NCBI GenBank assembly: GCA_963845755.1
Contig: CAWJTV010000034.1
Location: forward strand, 480,001-544,000
Direction: 5' to 3'
Source of the DNA: an uncultured Planctomycetota bacterium
Lineage (GTDB): Bacteria > Planctomycetota > Planctomycetia > Isosphaerales > Isosphaeraceae
Length of the DNA stretch: 64,000 nucleotides
This document shows, in pieces, positions 54,766-64,000 of this stretch (position 1 is the first letter of the stretch; every line of letters starts with the position of its first letter). The notes beneath the pieces are model-generated. The model saw only the letters and a list, made by a program, of their open reading frames with translations, was not told the DNA's origin and ran no database searches. A program made the position numbers and the translations under genes.

Positions 54766-55626
54766 GCCCCCCGCTCGCCCGGACCGGCCCTTCTGGGACA
54801 GACTCTTATTGCGGGCTTCCCAAATCACCTCTGTGTTTCGGTTCTCCCCGTACGGGGATGACCTGTCCGTTTCATCAGTGAATCACCGTTTACGGAGTAC
54901 GCCGCAGACCAGACGGCTCGGCTGCATGGCGGTTAAAGACTGCGCGGTCGCTTGGCTTCGTTTTGCAGAATTCAGGATGTGCTGCGCGGCGTTTTGGCTC
55001 GTTTCGCGGGTTCGGCATCCGGCAGGACGAGGATTCTTGGCTTCGTTTCAGCGATTCCGCGCGGCACGCTTCGCATTCCAGTGCGATCTCTCGTTGAAGT
55101 ACAAGAATATCGTGCGTGGATTAATAGTTCCTTGCACCCAAGATCTCAAGTGAGAATATTCCTTCATGACTGAGTGAACCCAAAGCGAGCGTGCTCGCAT
55201 TTTACCCGAATGGAGGCACCGATCGCATCGAACCGTCCTGGCAGACGACTTCCCGGGACTCAAAGCGGAAAACCTCGACCCGAGACGGGTGGTCGGTTGC
55301 ACGCACCCTGCGAATCCGCGGGGGATCCTCCTGACCAATCTCGGCCCATTAGCGAACCTCATATTCTTCAGGATGCCGCAACTTGGAAAAAACGTTAATG
55401 CATTTCGGGCGAATTGGGCTCGTTTATTGATTCAAGTCCCTACCTGACAAGGAAATAAAATCTTCGAAAACTTTTTCGGGCCGGTGGACTGATTCCTGTG
55501 CGCTGCCGGTCGGCCAACGCGCGTGCTCGCGTCCGATCCGGCCAACCCGCGTCACGATCGTGGCGATCACGTCCGATCGATCCGGCCTGCTCATCGATAT
55601 CGATGAGACTCGGGATCCCTCGTTCG

Positions 55627-56315
55627 TTATGGGGACGGTGCGTCCCGTCGTGTGAAGACGTCCAAGCTTTCCAATTCCGCCGTGAACGGTTTGGTTGACG
55701 AGTTTACTGCCGCGACACCGATCTTGACTTCGTCAGGCAGGTGGACTTCCAGAGGGGGAAACGGCGTCCAGTGAACGCCATCCTGACTGGCGGACGCATA
55801 GATTCTTCCCCCGCGACGTTCCAACCGCAAATGGGTGGGAAGGTCGTGGAGGGCATGTCCCTGGCTGAAGGCTGCCGGCCCTCCTTGAAATGCTCGAAAT
55901 TGACGTATGTGATGAATGCCTCGTCACGGATCAAGCCGGCTCGCTCGAGGCGGAAATAGTTGTCCCGGTCCACCCAGAGAAGCAGTCCGGTACCATGATA
56001 AGGGAGGCCATCCGCAACATTGGACTCGGGGCCCGGGTGAACACCACCGGTTGACTTGACCATCGCGATAAACTCTCCCTTGACGGGACTCAGGACGGTG
56101 GGGGAGTTGACCTGGCCGCTATCGGCGACAAGATTGTGGAGTGTGCCTGGGACGGCGATCGTCAGCTTGCCATCCTTCTGCTGGAAGCGGCAATCGCCAT
56201 CCGGATCGGAGGCCTGGCCCCACCCTTTGAGCACTGGCGGGGATGCAGCCCACAAGGTACACGTCGCGATGAGGAGGCCAGCCGCCCCCCAAAGGCATGA
56301 ACGAAACCGACTCAT
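55627..56315 (-). CDS. DUF1349 / ConA-like lectin domain secreted protein, frameshifted
   Basis: GWGQASDPDGDC, GLLLWVD..NYFRLERA, LRLERRG...SQDGVHW. Confidence 0.65.
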
Positions 56316-56412
56316 ATCGCCTCCCGAGAGTTGCATGGACATTGGCATGTGTTCTTGAGGACCCCTGTTGTCGCTGACGACTCGAGTGTCGGATTCGACG
56401 ATGGTTCACACG

Positions 56413-56865
56413 TGTAATGATTCAACGTGAAATGGGGAAACCGGGGTTGAGAGATCAGGTAGAGTGCACATGGGAACAGATGGGGGTCGATTTGCCGCTT
56501 TTGTGCCAATCCCGAAAGGGAAAGACAGGGCGGCATCGTGCCGCTCCCTTCGGTCTTGGCCCCTGAGTCGGCGCTCGCGTCGTGTCGCCTCGGAGCCCTA
56601 TCCCCGCCCAGGTCGTCGTCCATCATAGTCCCGCCCAACGACTCAGGCAACGACTCCGCGGCGATCAGACCGCCGGCCGACTCGCCTCTCGTGCGGCTTT
56701 CTTCCGCTGGCGTGCCGCATCCAGCCTGGGGTCCCGCTCGGCGAGGATCGCCCGGTCGCGACCGGCCAGGTTGTCCGCCGGTGCGACGTAGCCGATCGCA
56801 CCGTGCAAGCGGAGTTCGTTGTCGTGGGCCACGAATTCCGTGACGAGTCGCCGCGCGTCTGAAGC
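56413..56865 (-). pseudogene. IS3-family remnant (transposase C-terminus and right end)
   Basis: HDNELRLHGAIGYVAPAD; candidate end TGTAATGATTCAACGTGAAATGG at 56413. Confidence 0.65.
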
Positions 56866-56979
56866 AAGACACGGGCGCGTCCGAGTGAATGTGGGCGGAA
56901 GACGCAGGTAAGTTGTCTTGAGATCAACGGGCCCGCAAGGAGGCTTACTTCGCGACTTTTCGAAAAAAACCTTGGACCA

Positions 56980-57008
56980 TTGACTCCCTATCATCTAATA
57001 GGTAAGGT
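56980..57008 (+). promoter_or_regulatory. sigma70-like promoter overlapping a candidate TetR operator
   Basis: TTGACT-17 bp-TAAGGT with dyad CCTAT-N6-ATAGG in the spacer; related dyad CTACCTATTGATAGCTAG at 57705-57722. Confidence 0.5.
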
Positions 57009-57107
57009 TCAGCGAACGAGGCGGAGAAATTACAGATGCCGAGGGTCTCAGGATTGGCTCCAGGCGGTCTTGAGCGCCTCCGATCCCTTCCCGATCGGAA
57101 TCGAGCG

Positions 57108-57683
57108 ATGAGCGATCGCGATACGCGCAGAGAGTTGCTGGATCTGGCCGACACGTTGGTGCGGACACGGGGCTATAACGGTTTCAGCTATCGCGACCTG
57201 GCCGAGCAGATCGGGATCAAGACGGCGAGCATCCACTATCATTTCCCCACCAAGGGTGACCTGGGCGAAGCCTTGATCGAGAATGAAAGGGAGGTGTTCG
57301 CCAGGAACCTCGCCCAACTCGACGCCGCGGAAAAGGACCCGCGACGCCGGCTGGAGCGATTCATCCAGCTCTTTCAGGCCAGCACGATCGGTTGTCATAA
57401 CCGGATGTGCCTGGGGGCCATGCTCGCGGTCGAGCAGGAGACCTTGCCGGACGCCGTCGGTCAAGGGGTCCGGCGACTCTTCGCGGACAACGAGGACTGG
57501 CTTGCGAAGTTGCTGGAAGAAGGGCGAAAGACGAGGCAATTCCGGTTCAAGGGGTCCGCGGATGTGGCCGCCCGGTCCTTGTTCTCGTCGCTCGAAGGGG
57601 CGTTGTTGACAGCCAGAGCCTTTCACGATACCGGCCGGTTCGAGGCCACCTCTCGATGGGTCCTTGAGACCCTGATTGCCTGA
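57108..57683 (+). CDS. TetR/AcrR family transcriptional regulator
   Basis: RGYNGFSYRDLAEQIGIKTASIHYHFPTKGDL. Confidence 0.92.
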   Translation: MSDRDTRRELLDLADTLVRTRGYNGFSYRDLAEQIGIKTASIHYHFPTKGDLGEALIENEREVFARNLAQLDAAEKDPRRRLERFIQLFQASTIGCHNRMCLGAMLAVEQETLPDAVGQGVRRLFADNEDWLAKLLEEGRKTRQFRFKGSADVAARSLFSSLEGALLTARAFHDTGRFEATSRWVLETLIA

Positions 57684-57769
57684 CATTTTTGGGGCCCAGC
57701 TCACCTACCTATTGATAGCTAGTCAGGATGGTACTGCCTTTGAATGGAGAGCAGCTTGCGGTGAACTCG

Positions 57770-57970
57770 TCTCTGAACCCGATGGCCTTCGCGATGCGAC
57801 ACCCGGTCAGTGTCAAGGCGGGCGTGGCGGCCCTGGCGGTTGCCAGCGCCCTCGCCGTGGAGCGCATGGCCGTCAATGTCTTCCCCGCCCTCGACCTGCC
57901 GGTCATCTACATTGCCCAGGCCTACGGCGGCATGGACCCGAGTCACAAGGAGAGCCAGCTCACTTCCTGA
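57770..57970 (+). pseudogene. truncated N-terminus of an RND efflux permease
   Basis: NPMAFAMRHPV...VFPALDLPVIYIAQAYGGMDP followed by a stop. Confidence 0.7.
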
Positions 57971-58019
57971 TACGTGGGCCACTCGTTCTAAATGACATAC
58001 TCTCCAAGGACACCGCCCT

Positions 58020-58601
58020 ATGAATCGGACATTGCCCACCCCCTGGAAACCCACCAAAGCCCAGGTCCTCGCCGCGCGCAACAAGCTCGTCCCGGATCTC
58101 GCCGCCAAAGACCTCATCGTCCTCTTCGCGGGCATCAATCCCGGCCTCTACACCGCCGCCATCGGCCGCCACTTCGGCCGCCCCGGCAACCGCTTTTGGC
58201 CCGCCCTCCACGGCGGCGGCTTCACCCCGCGCGTCTTCTCACCCTTTGAAGAATCCCTCCTCCTCGACCTCAAATTCGGCATCACCAACATCGTCGAACG
58301 CGCCACGGCCCGCGCCGATGAACTCACCGACGACGAGCTTCGCGCCGGCGGCCAGCTCCTCCAAGCCAAAGTCGAACTCTGGCGCCCCACCGTCGTCGCC
58401 TTCGTCGGCATCGGCCCCTACCGCATCGTCTCCGGCATCAAAGACGCCCGCGTCGGCCTCCAAAAGGCCCCCTTCGGCGGCAGCCACGCCTGGGTCCTCC
58501 CCAACCCCAGCGGCCTCAACGCCCACTATCAGCCCGCCGCCCTCGCTCAACTCTTCGGAGACCTCCGCCTCTGGGCCATTGCAGAGCACGGGCGTCGATG
58601 A
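58020..58601 (+). CDS. mug: G/U mismatch-specific DNA glycosylase
   Basis: GINPGL, HFGRPGNRFW, GITNIV, VLPNPSGLNAH. Confidence 0.92.
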   Translation: MNRTLPTPWKPTKAQVLAARNKLVPDLAAKDLIVLFAGINPGLYTAAIGRHFGRPGNRFWPALHGGGFTPRVFSPFEESLLLDLKFGITNIVERATARADELTDDELRAGGQLLQAKVELWRPTVVAFVGIGPYRIVSGIKDARVGLQKAPFGGSHAWVLPNPSGLNAHYQPAALAQLFGDLRLWAIAEHGRR

Positions 58602-58703
58602 AATACCTGTTGGTCGTCGTTGCATTCGAGGCGACCGAAGTTGACGATTACGGCCAGGTGTTCAGAAAAAAGCCAAACGGAAAATAGGAGGTAGGCGTCC
58701 ATT

Positions 58704-60468
58704 ATGACACGGTTATTGTCGGTCAATGTGGGTCAACCCCGCGAGATCGCGTGGCGCGGTAAGACTGTCTACACGTCCGTTTGGAAGGAGCCGGTGGAGG
58801 GACGTCGCCTGGTTCGGCGTCTCAACATCGATGGTGACGCACAGGGTGATCTAGCCGGTCACGGTGGAGAACACCGGGCTGTGTTTGTCTACCAGATGGA
58901 TTCCTATCACTATTGGCAGCGTGAACTGAAGCGAGCCGATTTCACTTTCGGGCAATTCGGAGAGAACTTCACGGTGGAAGGCCTCGCCGACAGCGAGGTC
59001 TGCGTCGGCGATCGCTATCGCATCGGCGGCGCCCTGTTCGAAGTTACGCAGCCGCGTGTGACCTGCTACCGCGTTGGCATACGAATGGATGAGCCCAGGA
59101 TGGCGGCGTTGCTGGTCGCGCATCACCGCCCGGGGTTCTATTTTCGCGTCATAGAAGAGGGTGAGGTGGGCGCCGGCGATGAAATCGTCAAAGTTGACCA
59201 GGGCCCCGAACGCCTCACGGTCGCCGCGGTCAACGGCGCTGCTCTATCTTCCGGGACCCGCCAAAGAAGAACTTGAGCGGGCTCTGCGCATCCCGGCCCT
59301 GAGCCCGGGCTGGAAGTCTTCCTTTGAGGCTCTTCTCCAACAGATGGCGCAGCCGGGATCGCGCACCGGGAATGCCGGATTGGCGTCACCAGAACAGATG
59401 ACCACGGCCGTTCCCGGATTCCGGCCTCTGAAAGTGGCCAGAATGGATCGCGAGAGCAGCAGTGCGGTCTCGCTGGTGCTGGAGCCTGTGGACGGTCGTC
59501 CTCTGACCGTCCCTCTCCCCGGGCAGTTCGTGGTGTTGCGACTCCGTCCTAACGCTGACGCGCCTCCGGTCCTGCGCAGCTACTCCTTGTCAAATCTGCC
59601 GGACCCCGGTCGTTATCGCATCACCATTCAGCAGGAGCCGCACGGAATCGCCAGCACCTACGTGAGCACACAGCTTCGTCCAGGCGACGTGCTGGATGTT
59701 AGCGAGCCCCGGGGCGCCTTCACACTGAGGCGCGGCGATCTTCCTGTGGTGCTATTGAGCGCAGGGGTGGGGGTGACTCCGGTGATGGCCATGCTCCACG
59801 CGCTGGCGGCCCAGGAGTCGGTGCGCCCGGTCTGGTGGATTTATGGAGCACGCAACTGCCTGGATCACATCTTCGCCCGGGAAGCACGCGATCTGCTGGC
59901 TAAACTACCCCACGCCCGGAGCCACGTCCAGTACAGCCGGCCCGATGCGACTGACCGATTGGGTCTCGATTTCGACGCTGCCGGCAGGCTGACTGTCACG
60001 GTTCTCAAAGAACTGGACGTACCTCGCGACTCCGATTTTTATCTGTGCGGCCCTCCGGCCTTCCTTGAGGACTTGACCGCCGGCCTCGTCCGATGGGGTG
60101 TCATCCACGATCGCATCCACACGGAAGCTTTCGGTTCAGGCAAGGCTATGACGCCGGGTGTGAACGCGGTGCCGCGACCCCTACCGCACGCGCCGACCGA
60201 CTCCCACGGTGAAGGTCCAAGAATCTCCTTTGCTCGCGCCGGGCTTACGGTTTCCTGGGACTCGAACTTCCAGAACCTGCTGGAACTCGCCGAAGCCTGC
60301 GACGTCCCGGTGCGCTGGTCTTGCCGGACCGGAGTTTGCCATACCTGCGAGTGCGGGTTGATTTCCGGGTCGGTGAAGTATGATCCCGAGCCGCTCGAAC
60401 CTCCGGCGGCAGGGAACCTATTGATGTGCTGCTCGCGCCCCCAGGAAGACGTGGTAATCGACATGTAG
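58704..60468 (+). CDS. MOSC + 3-alpha + FAD/NAD-binding reductase + 2Fe-2S fusion protein, frameshift near 59240
   Basis: HGGEHRAV, FGENF, QPRVTC, RSYSLS, AGVGVTP, YLCGP, CRTGVCHTC. Confidence 0.88.
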
Positions 60469-60799
60469 AACGCAATGATTGGAAGCAAGAGTCACCGGCG
60501 TGGCACGGGTTCCTAAGCAACTCCGCAGAAATAACTTGACAAAAGTCCCACGATCTCGCGGAAAACTGGCTCTATCTCAGGCAGACGCCAGCTCGAAAGG
60601 CGCGGCGATGTCAAATCAATTCTGCCGAGTTGCTTAGTCGATGGGGCTTTCTTTACCCGGTTAGTGCGGATGGGGAGCCGGAAGGCTTCTCGCATAGCCC
60701 AGACTTGCGTCCCGAGGGACGCCGGAACCCCGATGACTCTCGAAACGTGCGAGCGCTCGCGCGGTAATGAAGGTCCACCGTGTCCTGAGGGGCAGATTG

Positions 60800-60975
60800 T
60801 TGCGCGCGTCAGTCGGATCGACGAATGACAGTAGACTAGGCGCAAGTGTTTTCTGATAAATGACTTGGACCTGTACAGGGCCGGTCGTTTAGGGGAAAAA
60901 TCTTAGTCTGTTCACATTATGATTAATTGGCTGGCCGGGAAACATAGGGCTCCAGATGGAGACCCCGAGAATCAA
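60800..60975 (+). repeat. degenerate core site S7 and partial L3-type linker
   Basis: TTGCGCGCGTCAGT-CGGATCG-ACGAATGACAGTAG; shares GACTTG, GCCGGGAAAC and CAGATGGAG with L3; no right arm found. Confidence 0.7.
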
Positions 60976-61034
60976 GCACGCGAGGAACAGGAAGCAGCAT
61001 CGCGAATGGTAACGGGCAGACGACGCTCAGCCCC

Positions 61035-61523
61035 GTGTATGAGTTCTGGTACGCCGGACTCCCCGGCGGAGGGGTGATCCGGGGCGGCACCGGCGTGACG
61101 GTCCCGACAAGCGGTGCGGCTGGGGCCCGGACGCTTTACAAATACGACTTCTCCGTCGGGAAGTACTGGACCCCACACGATGCGTGGCCGGGCGACTTGG
61201 TCACCTATCTCTCGATCAACGGCTTTACCACCCTGGACGACCGCGGTCCGACTTACTCGTATCTCAGAGGCTGTCTCGGAAGGTCTTTGTAGGGTGCTCT
61301 GTGAGCACCAAGCCGGCGTAGTTTGCCGAATTCGGTGCTCACAGAGCACCCTACGGGACGGCCATCGAGGCTTCCGGGACAGACTCTAAGTTTGACACCG
61401 GGCCCGCGCTTCCACGTGCGAAACAACGACTATTTCTCCGCAGGAGTCGAGGTTCCTGTAACCGGACCCAAGACCGAGAACTACGCCTTCGCGCCGATGT
61501 TCTGGATCACCAAGTCCTGGTGA
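61035..61523 (+). pseudogene. 3' fragment of a probable outer-membrane/hypothetical protein gene
   Basis: disrupted frames ending LSLTPGPRFH...AGVEVPVTGP...WITKSW. Confidence 0.4.
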
Positions 61524-61834
61524 CCGACCGAACGAGACCGGCGCGATTAGCTCGGCGCGGGCCCGATGTCCCGGGCCGGGGCCGGTCCCAGGATCAGCGA
61601 GTATCCCGCCATCTCCTTGCCATCCCCAGACCTCCTAGCTACAACCGTTGAAGGGGCCCTCCCTCGTTATTCGCGATATTCCTTGAGCAGATAACCAGCG
61701 GAGGCCCCAGTCATCGCGCGTCCGGAGGCAGACCAGGTGGCCGGATGCGAGCGAAGCCCCTCGATGAGTGGGCGCTCTTGATCGCGGCTTCGTGCGTGCT
61801 CATTCTACACACGGACCAACGAAGGAGACTTCCC

Positions 61835-63010
61835 ATGTCCAACATGCAGAGGCGTGAATTCCTGGCGGGTGCGGGGCTCACGGCCGCGGCGGCCGCGGCG
61901 CTGGCGAGCCCGAGGGCTGCCGAGGCCGGCGATCCGAGCTTCATGAACAACGTCCCGGACCCGCTTCTCGCGGGCGAAGAGCTGCCGACGTTCAAGTACG
62001 AGCTGGAGAAGTCGGCGGGGAAGGTCATGGACGGCAGCGAAGCCAGAGAGGCCACGGTCAAGCAGCTTCCGATCTCCAAGGGGATCGCCGGGGTTTCGAT
62101 GACGCTGGCCCCGGGCGCCATGCGCGAGCTCCACTGGCACGCCACCGCAGCCGAGTGGGCGTTCGTGGACAAGGGGCGAGTCCGGACGACCGTCCTCGCC
62201 CCGGGGGGTTACACCGAGACGAATGACTTTGAGCCGGGGGACGTCTGGTACTTCCCGCGCGGCCACGGCCACATGCTCGAGTGCGTCGGCCAGGAGGCGT
62301 GCCACTTCGTCCTGATCTTCGACAACGGCTACTTCTCCGAGTTCGGCACCTTCAGCATCACCGACTGGATGGCCCACACCCCCAAGGCGCTCCTGGCGAA
62401 GAACTTCGGCGTCCCCGAATCGACCTTCGATGGGTACCCGAAGAAGGAGGTGTATTTCGCCCGGGGTGAGGTGCCGCCCAAGAAGGCGGCTGACCCGCTC
62501 GCGGGACCGAAAAAGCCGCCGATGACGCACAAGTGGCAACTCCTCGCCAGCGACCCGCTCGTCGACAACACGGGAGGCCGGCTGTGGCTGGTCGATTCCA
62601 CCAAGTTTCCCATCTCCAAGACCATCACAGGCGCGGTCCTCGAACTCGAGCCCGGGGCGCTGCGGGAGTTGCACTGGCACCCCACCGCCGACGAGTGGCA
62701 GTACGTCCTCGAGGGTAAGGTCAGCATGACGCTGTTCGGCTCGGGCGGGCGCTACCGGACGGAGACGTTCGAGAAGGGTGACGTCGGTTACTCCCCCCAA
62801 GGGTACGGGCACTCGATCGAGAACGTCGGCGACGGGAAGTGCCGCGTCCTCATCGGGTTCAACTCCGGGGTCTACGAGGAGATCGACCTGTCGGAATGGA
62901 TCGCCGGCAATCCGCCCGACGTGCTCGCCACCAACTTCGGTAAGCCGGCTTCGCATTTCGAGCAGTTTCCCCGCCGCGACGTGTTCATCACGTCCAAGGG
63001 CGGGACTTGA
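61835..63010 (+). CDS. Tat-exported bicupin, oxalate decarboxylase family
   Basis: QRREFL signal; two RELHWH...EW cupin motifs; AAGGAG ribosome-binding site. Confidence 0.9.
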   Translation: MSNMQRREFLAGAGLTAAAAAALASPRAAEAGDPSFMNNVPDPLLAGEELPTFKYELEKSAGKVMDGSEAREATVKQLPISKGIAGVSMTLAPGAMRELHWHATAAEWAFVDKGRVRTTVLAPGGYTETNDFEPGDVWYFPRGHGHMLECVGQEACHFVLIFDNGYFSEFGTFSITDWMAHTPKALLAKNFGVPESTFDGYPKKEVYFARGEVPPKKAADPLAGPKKPPMTHKWQLLASDPLVDNTGGRLWLVDSTKFPISKTITGAVLELEPGALRELHWHPTADEWQYVLEGKVSMTLFGSGGRYRTETFEKGDVGYSPQGYGHSIENVGDGKCRVLIGFNSGVYEEIDLSEWIAGNPPDVLATNFGKPASHFEQFPRRDVFITSKGGT

Positions 63011-63255
63011 AGACCTTGGCCTGGTCTCCCGGGACCGCCGTCAAGAGGGCATGATCGGTGGGATCTGGCGACCTTGCTCACCGGCTCCGCCATGGGCACG
63101 AGGGAGGAGATCGCATGACCCTCGCGATCGGCTCGGCCGCTCCACCCCGGTCGGTCATCACCTGGAAATCGCGGCGGAGGCGGCTCCAGCAGACCTGGTG
63201 GTGGGGCCGGGGTTCCGATCGCAATCCGGGGATGGAGAAGCCGAGCCGTCGCGGA

Positions 63256-64000
63256 TCAGAAGTAGACCTGGAACCGCAACCAATACAGATCGTTCGACTT
63301 CTGGAAGCCACCTGCGTTGTAGAAGACGGGGCTGCCGAACATGGCGTGCTCCCAGTCGAGGTAGACCTTGACGAACTTGTTGAGATACCAGTTGAAGCCG
63401 ACGTCGACCATCTGGGCGCGGTTGGTCCAGAGGTTCGGGTCGGCCAGCCCGCCGGTGAAGACCGACCGGCCCAGCGTCAGCTCGCTGTATCGGGCCGTCA
63501 TCTCAAGGGCCCCCAGGCCGAAGTGCCCCGGACGCAGGTCGAAGGGGCGCAGGGGATCGATCAGCGTCCGGTCGCGGATCGTCTCGCCGGTCAGGATGTA
63601 CCCGGCCTGGACGAAATAGCCGCTCGTCGGCACACGGACCGGCGGCGGCCCGGAGCTGCCCTGGGCGTAATCCTGGAACCCGCTGTCCCAGGCCCCCAGC
63701 AGGGAGAGGCCCTGATAGTAGTAGGCCATGTGCAGCTCCCAGAGGGCGCGATACCCGCCGCTCCATCACGCCGTTGTTGAAGGCCAGGAAGGGGACCTGC
63801 GCGGATCCCGGGCTCAGTGTCGAGGTGGCTGCCGGTGGCGCCGAGGTCGTCAAGACGGCCGGCGAGAGGGGATTGTTCTCGATCCCCGCGTCGACTGAGC
63901 CGCCGATCTGCAGGTTCTGCAGGAAGGAATCCGTCCACGGATCGAACGGCTTGAAGTTGAGGAAGGCCATGACATCCTGGTGGCTGCTGAAGTTCAAGTA
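63256..64000 (-). CDS. OprO/OprP-like phosphate-selective porin, 3' part, frameshifted
   Basis: GYFVQAGYILTGE, GALEMTARYS, GFNWYLN, terminal RFQVYF. Confidence 0.8.

Noticed and set aside
58615..58645. Possible further core site (TGCATTCGAGGCGACCGAAG)
   Set aside because: The A-arm match is poor, the spacer is too short and there is no linker.

Overview
GC-rich bacterial DNA, most likely a planctomycete (Isosphaeraceae/Singulisphaera-like, inferred from the PVC-type heme protein, PEP-CTERM, Uma2, WD40, DUF697 GTPases and Tat Gfo/Idh/MocA genes). Many genes are split by single-base frameshifts, probably long-read indel errors. Bases 1-40.3 kb are ordinary chromosome (yggS, aroA, apbE, RND pump, cutC and others). 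Bases 40.4-61 kb are a mobile-element hotspot. Its centre is a 10,530-bp element with no transposase (41288-51817). It has 51-bp perfect TGT...ACA terminal inverted repeats and a 5-bp target duplication (GGACG), and its ends resemble those of a neighbouring IS481-like IS. Inside, six copies of a putative recombination core site (B-arm ...TCGGT, 7-8 bp variable spacer, A-arm ACGAATGGCACTAG) alternate in orientation. They separate three ~230-bp non-coding linkers from two polar cargo modules (SDR + methyltransferase; Fic + NDT/TIR-like gene). Two near-identical 2,438-nt LtrA-like group IIA introns sit at the same nucleotide of the A-arm. Their EBS1/delta pairs with the arm and their EBS2 pairs with the spacer, which accounts for which sites are occupied. 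A degenerate seventh site lies at 60.8 kb. The sequence pattern is directly visible. Its reading as a gene-cassette shuffling system is inference, and no recombinase is encoded in the window.
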